In this document: in pieces, positions 1 to 11,213 of the stretch
How the letters are laid out: each line of letters begins with the position of its first letter
Numbering within the stretch: the stretch's first letter is position 1
Assembly (NCBI GenBank): GCA_000091205.1
Contig: AP006499.2
Origin: Cyanidioschyzon merolae
Lineage: Eukaryota
Length of the DNA stretch: 64,000 bases
Strand: one strand, 5' to 3'
The notes under the pieces: generated by a model
Seen by the model: only the letters and a program-made list of their open reading frames with translations
Databases searched by the model: none
Told to the model about the DNA's origin: nothing
Translations under genes and position numbers: made by a program

Positions 1-621
1 ATTATAAACAAAAAGCCGGTGCGCTTCACCTGATAACTCTGCTCTACGATAACCGTAGCCCGCGAGCGAACAGCACCAACAACGCACAGGCTGCGAGCTG
101 CACCGATCCCGTTTCGAGCACGTTTAAACCGGCGTGCGGAACGCCCACGTGGCCGTGACCCCCCGTATACCGCACGCGGCTGTGCCTGCACACGCAGCGG
201 CCGTCGTACGATCGAGCGCAGCCCTTGCGGGCACGCAGGGACGTTGCGCGGGGCGCTTGCCGCCACGGCCTGGGCATCCGCGGGAACACGAGCCGGATCG
301 CCTGCCGATGCATGCGCCAGGTACGCAAAAGGAGCTTTGTTCTGTTTTCCCCTATTTGTTTGCATAGGACGCATGATTTGTATGCACATGGCAGCGCCGC
401 TTGGAGCAGCGATACAACGTCTTCGGCGAGCGTCGTCGCGCTGCACAGCAGACAGGGCGCATTCGCGACTAGACGAAGCGCACAGGTGGTATGCGGCTCG
501 AGGTTCGCGTCTCGTGGCAACGTGTGGGCAGCATCCGGGAGCGAGATACGTCGCCACTGCGATGTTTGCGTTGGTTGCGCGGGCGCTCCGAACTCTTTCT
601 GAATGGACTAGCACTGAAGAA

Positions 622-1166
622 CCACGCGTCTGGAGTCGCATCCTCGAACTTGATGGTCATGACTCACCAGTTCATTGCGAGTATCCGTCGAGGACACTAA
701 AATGTCGGGGATTGGATGCATATCGAGAAACCACGCGTCTGGAGTCGCATCCTCGGACTTGATGGGTATGACTCACCAGTTCATTGCGAGTATCCGTCGA
801 GGACACTAAAATGTCGGGGATTGGATGCATATCGAGAAACCACGCGTCTGGAGTCGCATCCTCGGACTTGATGGGTATGACTCACCAGTTCATTGCGAGT
901 ATCCGTCGAGGACACTAAAATGTCGGGGATTGGATGCATATCGAGAAACCACGCGTCTGGAGTCGCATCCTCGAACTTGATGGGTATGACTCACCAGTTC
1001 ATTGCGAGTATCCGTCGAGGACACTAAAATGTCGGGGATTGGATGCATATCGAGAAATCATGCGTCTGGAGTCGCATCCTCGAACTTGGTGGGTATGACT
1101 CACCACTTCATTGCGAGTATCCGTCGAGGACACTAAAATGTCTAGAGGTTGACTCCGCGTCTGGAT
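622..1166. repeat. Tandem satellite, ~109-nt unit, ~5 copies (last copy divergent)
   Basis: Unit starts ('ccacgcgtctggagtcgcatcctcg...') recur at 622, 731, 840, 949 and 1058 with >90% identity. Confidence 0.85.
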
Positions 1167-2219
1167 GAGTCACCGGCGGAGCCGCTCATCCCTGGTGGTA
1201 TTTCCTGCGCAAACACTTTCCAGGAAATCATCTGGGAACGTGATTCAGGTCGGTGTCACGCAACATTTTTCAGATGTCTTTTCGCAGGATAGACAGAGTT
1301 GCGGCTCGCTGTTGCCACGACTATCGATAGGGATGGTGCTGAACACCTGGTAAACATCTCCTCGAAACAGGAGTGTTGTTCCGAAGCCACAAGAATGCGC
1401 CGCCGCCGAGCGCCAAAACTCGAACAGCGCACCTCTCCTCGTGATCCAATACAGGCTCAAATTTTGGGGAAAGATGCAGTATGCACGAGAAAACGGCATA
1501 CGCATGCTTGGACTAGATGTTTAAACGGGAAAGCGCGAGGGCCTGCCACACGCGACGTTTTTGAGCGCCACACCGCACGCTCTAATGGCAACACCCCGAA
1601 TATGGCAAAGCAACATGCGCGAAACTATGGCGCTGGACCCGACAGCTACAATGGCGAACAGCTGACTCAGACCTTTGCACTGTACGTTCCGACCTGTGCA
1701 TCGCCGCAGCTACGCAAAAGCTTCCGCTTCTGTTCCGAAACTGTGATCACAGGTCTTGCAGTGCTGCCGATCGCGAAACGCATAGCAGGCTGCGAGTCGA
1801 GGGGCAAGGTACCAGAGGCTGCCCTTCCCGGGCAGCACCAGGCCTCACACACACGGACGAGGGTGAGGTTTCCGTATCGGGCGCGTACAAGAGGCAAGCG
1901 CTTCGCCTGGGCCGTACAGCGTAGAGCCTACGGAGCCACTTGTGTCCCGGTTCTGTGGCGAGTCAGAAGCAGTCGTTTTGGCTGTGAACCCGCGCTGCTG
2001 GGCACTGCGAAGCGTCGAGTGACGCGCACTTCGAACGCCGCGGGTACTCTCCAGGGTGCAGGCGGGCGCTTGTTTTCAATACCTACCGACCGTTCGGAAC
2101 AGGAGCGTAGACACGACGACCAAGTGATCGCTCCCAGTCGGCCAGACGGCTACCAAAGTTTGGCTGCGAACGGCACCTGCTCACAGTACTAGCAGCGCAG
2201 GGGTAGCGACACCCGTGTC

Positions 2220-4844
2220 ATGAACCTGTTCGCAGACCCGCCTTTAACTGCATTCGTGAAGGCGCTTCGTTCGCACCAGCACGAGGAGTTGTCTTTTGTG
2301 CAAAAGCAGCTTGAGCTGCTTCGAAGCGAGTGCGAGGACCGCGATCCGGAAAAGAAAGCCTGGGCCTTGCTGAAGCTGACTCACCTGAACCAGCACCTAC
2401 TAGCAGGCGACCTATCGTTCACCGCTTTTCCTATCGTGGAAACAGCCACTCGGTCTGTTCTATGGCAAAAACAGGTCGGATTGCTTGCTGCGAGTCTGCT
2501 CTTCCATTCTCAGACTCCGGAGACACTGCTACTCGCGAATCAATTGAGAAAAGATCTTCACAGTGGCAACCGCAACGAACAGGCGCTTGCGCTGACAGGG
2601 TTTGCGGGTTTCGCCTCCGCGGACCTCGCTGAGGCTTTGTGGCCCGACGTTGCAGCGCTGTTCACGAGCGCTCGTCCGTACCTGCGTAAGCGAGCAGTGG
2701 TCGCCTTCCATCGCAGCGTTCGTCAGTGCCCAGAGGTGCTGCCAGCGTGCTGGCCTCGCTTTGTCAACCTCCTGCAGGACGCCGACCCTTCCGTGGTCTG
2801 CGCATCAGTCACCGTTGCACTCGAAGAGGTGCATACGTATCCAGAACTGTTTATACAAGTGATTCCCCGTTTTTATGAAATCGCCAGCCAGGGCGGTAGC
2901 AATTGGTTGCTCATCAAAGTCCTGATGGTTCTCGACGCTCTGTGTGCACATGAACCGCGTCTACCAAAGAAACTCGCATCTTTGGTGACAAGCATGATAG
3001 AGGCAACCCAGGCCAAGTCGTTGGTGTTCGAATGTTGCCGAGTCGCATGTCGTCGCTTGGCCGATGACGGCCATTTGCTCTGTGTTGCCATTGCTCGTCT
3101 AATTGCGTTTGTTGAGGGTACCGATCAGAACCTTCGATACTTGGCGCTGAAAGTACTCCGCAATGTTGTCGAGTACCGGCCATCGATCATTTCGCAGAAA
3201 CAGTTGCAAGGCGTTCTCAACGAGTTACAGAACAACGACATCCTGGTGCGGCTTGCAGCGCTAGAATTGCTTTCGAGCAGAGTGCATACTGCCGATGACT
3301 TACGATGCCTGGCTCAGAGCATGGAGCGGATGTCGCTGTTAGAGCCCGCACCGGGGCGGGCCCCGAACCGGGACACATCCGAGGAGCTGCGATTTCGCTC
3401 GATGTTGTTCAGTGAGCTGTGGCGATGCATTCGAAGGGTGTTTCCGGATGGATCCACTGATCTGGCAGAGGCAGATGCAGCGTGGTTGCTTGTGTCCATC
3501 GTTCGCCCGGCGCTTGTTCGGGCATCACAACTCGATGAGAAAAACGTGGAGCGGTTTGCGGTGTTGCTTTGGAAGCTTGTTCAATTACATGAATCGCTAC
3601 GCGGATCTGCAGCGGCTGTGTGTCGTCAGGTTCTCGACCGCTGCCTCTCGGAATCACACGATTGGATCCGGTACTACGGCGCTATTCGAGTTTGTGTTTG
3701 GATACTGGGCACCAGTCTTGAAGGTGTGAACGACTCGTCTCGTGCCGCCAATGACCTGGAACGACTCACGGGACTGTTCCAGCTTTTCGAATGCGTACGC
3801 ACGGGCGACGAGGAATTGGACAGTTTCGCAGCACTCCAGACGACGGTGCTGCGAACATTGCGCTTTTGCTGTGAGCATTTGCAGGCTGACTTTTCCTTGC
3901 AAGTCAGAGAGCGCCTCCAAAGAATCGTTCTATTGAGTCCAAGCGCCTTTGAGGAGCACTGGCGCCTCCTGGGCATCCAGCGAGACGTCCAACGCCGAGC
4001 GGGAGAGATCACTCGTCGCAGCGCCCCGCACCCCGGGGCACTCCAAGCGCTTTTGCGTTCGCTGCCCGCTCTCTCGTCACACGAACTATCCGAGTGTTGG
4101 GCTGATCCGCACGACTTGCCGCCACCGACACCGACACCAGCGATACGTCGACCACGAAAGCATTCGGAATCACAGGGCGCATCTCGGAGTGGCAACAATG
4201 CCGAGGCGGCGCTCCTGCTGCTCGACACCGTCGACGCCAATGATGTCGTACGTGCGCCGCTGACAGCACTGCCGTACAGGTCCGCTGCGCCCGCAAGTGC
4301 AACAAATGAATCCAGGGGCGAAAGAGACGCGAGCAGCGCGCATCCTCTGCAAGCGTCAGCGAGTGCGGGATTCACCACCGCATCTGATGTCTGGGCAGCA
4401 CATCGTTTCGCGAGTGCCCCCGACGACACCTCAACGGATGCCACAGGAATGGAGGCAGCGGGAGCAAGCGCCCGCTCCACCACCGAGCTCGAGCACCTCG
4501 CATTCTACCTCCGTGATGCACCGAGCGCGCACGCACACGCACGACACGCACACGCACCAGCAGCCTCCGTGCCCTCGAATCAGCAGGCTGCTGATGCGCT
4601 CTCGATCGGCGCCAGTCTGCAGGGCAATGCGTGCACCAGGCATGATGCGATGCAGGGCGCACGCATCGCAGGTACCAGCGATGCCCCGGATGATGCCCTG
4701 TTGATTGACTTTTGTGCACCGTATGCAGCAATCGACGGTGGTGATGCTCCTGCAGGTGATGATGCACCATCTACGACCGGGGCTGACAACTTGGGACCGG
4801 GTCGGTGTGTTGCGACCCCGGAGCATACCCAAGCAGCAGTGTGA
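2220..4844 (+). CDS. AP3D1: AP-3 complex subunit delta (adaptin large subunit); C-terminal low-complexity His/Ala-rich tail
   Basis: N-terminal half aligns with adaptin N-domain motifs: 'NQLRKDL', 'ALTGFAGF..ADLAE', 'RPYLRKRAV', 'SNWLLIKVLMVLDAL..EPRLPKKL', 'KSLVFEC', 'TDQNLRYLAL'. These match the AP-3 delta family. Confidence 0.7.
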   Translation: MNLFADPPLTAFVKALRSHQHEELSFVQKQLELLRSECEDRDPEKKAWALLKLTHLNQHLLAGDLSFTAFPIVETATRSVLWQKQVGLLAASLLFHSQTPETLLLANQLRKDLHSGNRNEQALALTGFAGFASADLAEALWPDVAALFTSARPYLRKRAVVAFHRSVRQCPEVLPACWPRFVNLLQDADPSVVCASVTVALEEVHTYPELFIQVIPRFYEIASQGGSNWLLIKVLMVLDALCAHEPRLPKKLASLVTSMIEATQAKSLVFECCRVACRRLADDGHLLCVAIARLIAFVEGTDQNLRYLALKVLRNVVEYRPSIISQKQLQGVLNELQNNDILVRLAALELLSSRVHTADDLRCLAQSMERMSLLEPAPGRAPNRDTSEELRFRSMLFSELWRCIRRVFPDGSTDLAEADAAWLLVSIVRPALVRASQLDEKNVERFAVLLWKLVQLHESLRGSAAAVCRQVLDRCLSESHDWIRYYGAIRVCVWILGTSLEGVNDSSRAANDLERLTGLFQLFECVRTGDEELDSFAALQTTVLRTLRFCCEHLQADFSLQVRERLQRIVLLSPSAFEEHWRLLGIQRDVQRRAGEITRRSAPHPGALQALLRSLPALSSHELSECWADPHDLPPPTPTPAIRRPRKHSESQGASRSGNNAEAALLLLDTVDANDVVRAPLTALPYRSAAPASATNESRGERDASSAHPLQASASAGFTTASDVWAAHRFASAPDDTSTDATGMEAAGASARSTTELEHLAFYLRDAPSAHAHARHAHAPAASVPSNQQAADALSIGASLQGNACTRHDAMQGARIAGTSDAPDDALLIDFCAPYAAIDGGDAPAGDDAPSTTGADNLGPGRCVATPEHTQAAV

Positions 4845-5825
4845 AGCGAGCTGCAGGCCGGACGTTCACACGGCAGTTTATGGGAAGCATGTGCTCGGCA
4901 TCCTGGATCATAGCAGACACGAGCGTCGACGCTGCAACAGGGACGTCTTGCTATTGCTATTGCTGTTGCTGGTGTTGGTGTTGTGGTGCGCTGACGTGCG
5001 TCTCGCACCAGTCCAGCATCGCGGAGGCCATTGGCCGGTGCAGAGCGCGCGCTGGGGTGAGGATCAGTCGGCAGCGGACGCAAGGTTACGGACGCGAATG
5101 CACGGGGCTCGTGCGGATTCACTCCAGAGTCTGGGTGCTTGCTGTTCATGGCTGTCGGGCCTGGATGTGTCTGGTATGGGGCTTGCGTCGCAGTTTGCGG
5201 CCGCGGCGACAGCTACAATTGATGACACGAGTGCGTGGATCATCGGCAGACGTGGCTGCTCCATCTGTCACGGTGCGCTGCCACGTGTGCACTGACCGGC
5301 CTTTCGACACACGGACGATCCATGGAAAATGAAAGCGGAGTAGCGAAGTGGACACGGATGCGCTCGAGTGCCTGCAACAGGCGGTAAGGAAGCGGCTGGC
5401 GATGTGCGAACGCTCCCACTGGGCGGCCGTCGGGCGACCCGGGGCTGGTCCATGAGTAGCTACCGCTTCGGGGGTCTACTTGTCATGACGGACACGCCAG
5501 CACAGTGGAAGCGAGGCTGCTTCGTGTAACGCAGAGCGTCCGGACTGCGCCTCCAGGCGGAGCGGCGAGGCCGTCTTTGTCGTCGTCGTCGTCGTCGCTG
5601 CTGCTGCTGCTACTGCTGGTACTCGCTGTGAAGCAGGCGGGTGCTAGCGATCGTCAGGCGTTCATCAATACGAAGCTCGAGGGCGGCGGATGACGTGCTC
5701 GCCGTAAAATCATCTGCTGTAGCAAGTTTGTCAAGCACCTAGTATAGACCCGTGCGTGTTCCGCGTCTTACGCACCGTGGAACAGCCACCAGTGCGGTGC
5801 GCTCGCTGCCCAGCGCGTTTGCAAC

Positions 5826-7433
5826 ATGTTCCTAGGTGCTGGACTTCGGGTTGGCCACGTCTCGAACAAAGTAATTGGGCGCGATCGTCGGCAACCGTAC
5901 GGTTTCCTGCGGTCGGTTCAAGGTGTCGTTTGCGCTTGCGCCGATAACGCCGGCTTCTTGCGTGCGCTGCAGAAGTGTCGAACGCGGATACGCGCTTCGT
6001 TCTGCTGCCCGGGGCACCACGGCCAGCCGGAGAAGCTGTGGCCCCCGCTCCGAGAAGTACTCGATCGAGAGCGGCATGCCCTCGTAACGCTTGATCTAGC
6101 AGAGCAACCCGAACTCGATAACCTGCAACAACCGACCGGCATTCTTCGTGCGGTGCAGGAGCGAGCAGCGGCCGTCTTCGATACCGTACATACCTTCTTT
6201 CTGGTCAATGGCTCGACCAGTGGCATCCTTGCTGCGCTGCTTGCAGTCTGCAGTCAGCTGGGTCAGGATCCGAGTCGCTTTTATGCCCTGGTGCCGAGAA
6301 ATGCCCATCAGTCTGTTTTTCATGCGCTAGCGCTGACTGGACTTCATCCCGTGTATTTAACCCCAGAGGTTGTGGATTCTCGCTACGATATCCTCGGGCC
6401 GGTTTCCGAGTCGACAATAGAGGCGGCACTCGTTGCTTTCGCGCCGCAGGTGGCGGTGGTGCTGCTGACCTCACCAACCTACCACGGGTTTGTGGCGAAT
6501 GTGCGCAGTATCGCAGCTCGATGTCGTCGATACGGGGCGTGGTTGGTTGTCGACGAAGCGCATGGTGCGCATCTGGGCTTCTCTCCCGAGTTGCCGCAGA
6601 GTGCGCGACAGATGGGTGCGGATCTGGTTGTACAGTCGACGCACAAGACCCTGATGGCCCTGACCCAAGCAGCGATGCTGCACGTGCCATGCGGTTCACG
6701 CCTCGCTGTCGAGGATGTGGCCGAAGCAGTCCGCATGGTTTCCAGCACGTCGCCGAACGCGTGGGTGGTGGCGAGTCTCGACGCCACCGTCGCCGCTCTG
6801 GCGGATACGCCCTGGTGTCAGGCGTGGTTCGAGCGAGCCTGCACTCTAGGGCAAGCGATCCGAAGACGACTACCGACGCTTCCGAATGACGACGCAACAC
6901 GTTGCTGTCTCCTGCTGCCGGACGACATCGATGGGTTTCTTTTCGATGCGCACTTGCTGGATCACTACGGGGTTTACATGGAACTTGCTGGACGTGCGAC
7001 GAGCACAGGTATCGTCACCGGGGCCAATGATGCGAGCCATGTTGCCATTTTGGAGGAAGCGTTCACAGCGTTGACCACGGACTCCCGCCTAAGAGGCACT
7101 CGTGAATCCAGGGTGCACACTTTGCGCCCCATGGACAGCTTGCAAGGCGTGTTTCGGGCTGCAAGCTGCACGCTTCGTGTGTCTCTGCATCAACGACGCC
7201 GCTGGTGCCCGCTGCAGCACGCCGCAAACCAAGTCGCTTCCGCGACAATCAGCGTTTACCCACCGGGCATTCCGGTCGTCTTGCCTGGCGAACGCATCGA
7301 TCCGCCACTGGTATCGTACTTGCTCGACGCATCGCGGTGTGGTTGTGCCATATCGGGCGTGCACGGCCCAGAGCAGCACGTTGCCGTCGTTGATGATGAA
7401 CCACCGGCGACACGATGCCACCAGGCGCCTTGA
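5826..7433 (+). CDS. Orn/Lys/Arg decarboxylase, bacterial SpeA/LdcC-type PLP enzyme (OKR_DC_1 major domain)
   Basis: 'CCPGHHGQ' (cf. hMPGHKGG), 'FLVNGSTSGILAALLAV', 'LVVDEAHGAHLGF', and the PLP-lysine motif 'VQSTHKTLMALTQAAMLHV'. Confidence 0.7.
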   Translation: MFLGAGLRVGHVSNKVIGRDRRQPYGFLRSVQGVVCACADNAGFLRALQKCRTRIRASFCCPGHHGQPEKLWPPLREVLDRERHALVTLDLAEQPELDNLQQPTGILRAVQERAAAVFDTVHTFFLVNGSTSGILAALLAVCSQLGQDPSRFYALVPRNAHQSVFHALALTGLHPVYLTPEVVDSRYDILGPVSESTIEAALVAFAPQVAVVLLTSPTYHGFVANVRSIAARCRRYGAWLVVDEAHGAHLGFSPELPQSARQMGADLVVQSTHKTLMALTQAAMLHVPCGSRLAVEDVAEAVRMVSSTSPNAWVVASLDATVAALADTPWCQAWFERACTLGQAIRRRLPTLPNDDATRCCLLLPDDIDGFLFDAHLLDHYGVYMELAGRATSTGIVTGANDASHVAILEEAFTALTTDSRLRGTRESRVHTLRPMDSLQGVFRAASCTLRVSLHQRRRWCPLQHAANQVASATISVYPPGIPVVLPGERIDPPLVSYLLDASRCGCAISGVHGPEQHVAVVDDEPPATRCHQAP

Positions 7434-8558
7434 TCGATCCACGCTATGCGTATCGGATGTACCACATGGGGTGCACCGGTTCAAGGCACGTTGGTCGGGC
7501 AACGAGTTCAGCACGCTGGCATACAATCCATAGCATCGAGAGCGGGAATCGCGATGCCGGTGACACAGCTCGCATTCTACATTTGCGGTGACTTGCACGG
7601 ATGGCACGCATGCGCGGATGCATGGACCTGTCCATACATGTACATGTATAGATCGCTGTGTGGATGTGAGCATGCATGCACACCAACGCCGCTCGCCGCT
7701 GAACTTGCGCGCATGCGTGGCGTTGCTCGACACGCGCGATGCAGATGCATGGCGCTGTGCGTGCGCATGCGTGTCCGCGGGCACAGACAGCGCGCTGCCC
7801 GCATCCGCTGCATCGACAGCGCGTTGGGGTGCGTGCCATGCGCGCGCCACCGGCGACACGTCGGCAGTGGAATCGCCACACAGATACCGCGTAGCTGTTT
7901 CGATGGCGCTGTCGAGATCTGTGACCTGCTTGCGTTTCGTCTGGGGGAAATTTCTTGCTGGCTCGCTGACTGGCGATCGATGCAAAGGCGTGATCCGTCC
8001 ATCCCGGATGCTTGTTGTTGTTGTGGATGCGCTGATGCGCTTGCTTGTCGCGATGACGCGTATACGTTCGGACGGCGCACGAGATGTGCCGGCTCTTTCC
8101 GAATCGATTCATATCGTGCTGGTGCGCTGCGCCTGGCCTACTGGTACGCTGCGACCCACATGGAATCCCGAGAAGGCTACCTTCGGCCCATACGCTCCCT
8201 CTGCTGCCTCGTTCCGAATGGTTTGATATCGGGCAGGTACGGTGCAGCTGACGATACCCGGTGCATGGAGATGCCACGCGGAAGCGCGTGTACCGCAGAT
8301 GCGCCAACGAGAACACAAACGCTTGAGTGATGCGCCACAGCGCACCTCAGCCGAACTCCATATGCATCTGCGGCGCGTGCTTCTCGCGCGTTTCAGTCAG
8401 CGCACGGAGGAGTCGTCTTTCGCGCCATGGATACGGATATGACGGCCGATGGAGTGCGCAAGTCGTCACCGTGGCCGGGCTGAAGCCAGAGGCGGAACCT
8501 GCCTCAACGAACGGCTAGCGGTACGCGGACGTCAGCGAAATGGTCGATCGCGTCTGGT

Positions 8559-9689
8559 TCATGCGCGGTAGTGTTTCTCTGGGAGGCTGCGAAGGCGTTC
8601 CGCAGCCTGCTCGGCAGTGAGATCACGCTGCGATTCGGCGAGCATTTCGAAACCGACCATGAACTTGCGAACGGTTGCACTCCTGAGCAATGGTGGATAG
8701 AAATGGATGTGAAAGAGTAGACCTGGTTCGGCGGTCGCGGCACCGTTCGCCACGGGCGCCTGGTGCAGCCCCATGCTGTACGGAAAACTGGTCTTGAAGA
8801 GATTGTCGTACCGAACTGTGACTCGCTGCAAAATGTCTGCCAGATCATCCTTCTGCGATGCATCTATGTCCAAGAGAGACTGGCACGAGCCAGTGGGAAG
8901 CACCATGACCTCGAACGGCCATACCGCCCAGAAAGGAACGAGTGCAACAAAATGCGGATTCTGGCAAACAATGCGCTCGTTAGGCCGCTGCAACTCTGCT
9001 TTCAAATAGTCCAAGAGTAGTTCTCGGCCCGTGTCAGCGTAATAGGCACTCTGCAGGCGCAGCTCGGTGGCAATCTCGTTCGGGATGAACGAGGATGCCC
9101 ATATCTGGCCGTGCGGGTGCGGGTTGCTGCAGCCCATCGCAGAGCCCTTGTTCTCGAAGATCTGCACGTGCCGGATCTGCGGCATGGTCGCTAGCTCAGC
9201 GTACTGCTCTTGCCAGGCATCGACAACGCGCCGAATCTCCGAACGACTCATCTCCGCCAGCGTCAAGTCGTGCCGAGGCGAAAAGCACACGACGCGACAG
9301 GTACCGGACACGGGCCGCGCTTGGAACAGCGTGGCGTGCGACGCCCGACTGGCCTCAGCGTCGGCACTGTCAGAGGGCCCATCTAACAGAAGCGCAGGAA
9401 AGTCGTTCGTAAACACAAACGTAGCGTCATACTGGGGGTTTCGGTGCGCGCCACCAGCCCGCGTGTTACCAGGGCAGAGGTAGCACTCGGGATCGTAGCG
9501 GGGTCGTTCTTCGCCACCAACCGTCTCCTGGGCGCCTTGCCAAGGCCGTTTCGCTCTGTGCGGGGAGCACAAGACCCACTCCCCTTTCAGAGGATTAAAC
9601 CTACGATGCGGGTGCTCGGTAAAGTCAAACGACGCCATAAAGACGGGAGTAGTGCAATGAAGCAAGCACCAAGCGCAACGACTTGCCAC
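8559..9689 (-). CDS. GALT: Galactose-1-phosphate uridylyltransferase
   Basis: 'CYLCPGN', '[24 protein letters not shown]' (HPH active site), '[19 protein letters not shown]'; full-length 376 aa. Confidence 0.85.
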   Translation of the reverse strand: MASRCAWCLLHCTTPVFMASFDFTEHPHRRFNPLKGEWVLCSPHRAKRPWQGAQETVGGEERPRYDPECYLCPGNTRAGGAHRNPQYDATFVFTNDFPALLLDGPSDSADAEASRASHATLFQARPVSGTCRVVCFSPRHDLTLAEMSRSEIRRVVDAWQEQYAELATMPQIRHVQIFENKGSAMGCSNPHPHGQIWASSFIPNEIATELRLQSAYYADTGRELLLDYLKAELQRPNERIVCQNPHFVALVPFWAVWPFEVMVLPTGSCQSLLDIDASQKDDLADILQRVTVRYDNLFKTSFPYSMGLHQAPVANGAATAEPGLLFHIHFYPPLLRSATVRKFMVGFEMLAESQRDLTAEQAAERLRSLPEKHYRA

Positions 9690-9767
9690 CGCCTCAACAC
9701 ATCAGGGGCGCTCGCCGTCGCATGAATCGTCAGACGCCGTGGACATGCGCGAGCCGTACGATGGACG

Positions 9768-10545
9768 CCTCGCTCGCCCGGAATGCCGATCAGCATCGCG
9801 CAGTCGAGAATCCCTGCTCCATCGCAACGCTCCGTTGATCCGGCGTTCAGGAGCGCCTCGCTCGCCCGGAATGCCGATCAGCATCGCGCAGTCGAGGATC
9901 CCTGCTCCATCGCAACGCTCCGTTGATCCGGCGTTCAGGAGCGCCTCGCTCGCCCGGAATGCCGATCAGCATCGCGCAGTCGAGAATCCCTGCTCCATCG
10001 CAACGCTCCGTTGATCCGGCGTTCAGGAGCGCCTCGCTCGCCCGGAATGCCGATCAGCATCGCGCAGTCGAGAATCCCTGCTCCATCGCAACGCTCCGTT
10101 GATCCGGCGTTCAGGAGCGCCTCGCTCGCCCGGAATGCCGATCAGCATCGCGCAGTCGAGGATCCCTGCTCCATCGCAACGCTCCGTTGATCCGGCGTTC
10201 AGGAGCGCCTCGCTCGCCCGGAATGCCGATCAGCATCGCGCAGTCGAGAATCCCTGCTCCATCGCAACGCTCCGTTGATCCGGCGTTCAGGAGCGCCTCG
10301 CTCGCCCGGAATGCCGATCAGCATCGCGCAGTCGAGGATCCCTGCTCCATCGCAACGCTCCGTTGATCCGGCGTTCAGGAGCGCCTCGCTCGCCCGGAAT
10401 GCCGATCAGCATCGCGCAATCGAGAATCCCTGCTCCATCGCAACGCTCCGTTGATCCGGCGTTCAGGAGCGCCTCGCTCGCCCGGAATGCCGATCAGCAT
10501 CGCGCAGTCGAGGATCCCTGCTCCATCGCAACGCTCCGTTGATCG
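9768..10545. repeat. Tandem array, 88-nt unit x ~8.8, immediately upstream (5') of GALT
   Basis: Unit 'cctcgctcgcccggaatgccgatcagcatcgcgcagtcgag[a/g]atccctgctccatcgcaacgctccgttgatccggcgttcaggagcg' recurs every 88 nt from 9768. Copies alternate an A/G variant. Confidence 0.9.
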
Positions 10546-10739
10546 AGGAAGTACGCCAAGCATCAAGCGGCCGTCACGTGTGCGTGCTGCTCCCGGTCGC
10601 ACGCGCGCTCCTGCCGCCGACCCAGGCGATCTCGCGTCGGGCGCGCACCGCATTATGTCTGTACCATGCTTTGTTTGCTATTTAGGGTATCTTCTCATCG
10701 AAGAAGCGCCCTGGGACCTAACATCCAACTACACCAAGC

Positions 10740-11213
10740 ATGGCATTCGTTCTCTGTGCCGCTAAATATGGAAATCGTAGCTCCAGGAGGCGTTGCATGC
10801 GGAGGTCGCTGAACGCTCTGCACACCCGTCTCGCAGTAGCTGCGCACTTGAAGAAACTTAGGTGGAGTGAGTTCGAGGACCGTGCCGCGTACCAGCCACT
10901 GCCGGCAACGTGGCGAGGCGAGTTTGACTCGGTGTCGCCACTGGACGAGATGAGTGGTGGGCAAGTGAAACCTGTTAAAACCCAGGTTTTCGGACAAGTG
11001 TATGAGGAACCGGTTCCTCTGGAGCTTCGCGCCGAAGACGACGACGCCTTCCGTCGTTTCCAGGCGTTGATGCTCGCCGACCGTGCGGCAGAACTTGAGG
11101 CTTTGCAGCAGCGGCGTGCAGCGTACGGCGACGACGCTGGAGTCATGAGCAACATGCGTATAGAGACGATCTACGCGCAGCCATGTGTGGAATACTGGCG
11201 AGGTCGTTCTTGA
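10740..11213 (+). CDS. Hypothetical protein (157 aa); no recognizable domain
   Basis: Isolated ORF in a region without other calls. Coding status unproven. Confidence 0.2.
   Translation: MAFVLCAAKYGNRSSRRRCMRRSLNALHTRLAVAAHLKKLRWSEFEDRAAYQPLPATWRGEFDSVSPLDEMSGGQVKPVKTQVFGQVYEEPVPLELRAEDDDAFRRFQALMLADRAAELEALQQRRAAYGDDAGVMSNMRIETIYAQPCVEYWRGRS

Noticed and set aside
1299-2192. 297-aa ORF upstream of AP-3 delta
   Set aside because: Arg/Ala-rich, GC-driven open frame with no domain and overlapping ORFs in other frames. Typical GC-rich non-coding read-through.
3674-4483. 269-aa ORF antisense to the AP-3 delta CDS
   Set aside because: Shadow ORF on the opposite strand of a well-supported gene, with low-complexity composition.
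7444-8330. Paired about 290-aa ORFs on both strands between the decarboxylase and GALT
   Set aside because: Both strands are open simultaneously in a GC-rich, Cys/Arg/His-rich low-complexity region between convergent genes. No domain recognized; most likely intergenic.
9768-10545. Regular 88-nt repeats could superficially suggest a CRISPR array
   Set aside because: Units are contiguous with no unique spacers between them, the repeat is far longer than CRISPR repeats, and the context is eukaryotic. This is a minisatellite.
9444-10653. Several ORFs (for example 9739-10014, 10375-10653) encoding repetitive 'MLIGIPGERGAPERRINGALRWSRDSRLRDADRHSGRARR' peptides
   Set aside because: They are translations of the 88-nt tandem array, which is not a multiple of 3, on both strands. 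Artefactual.
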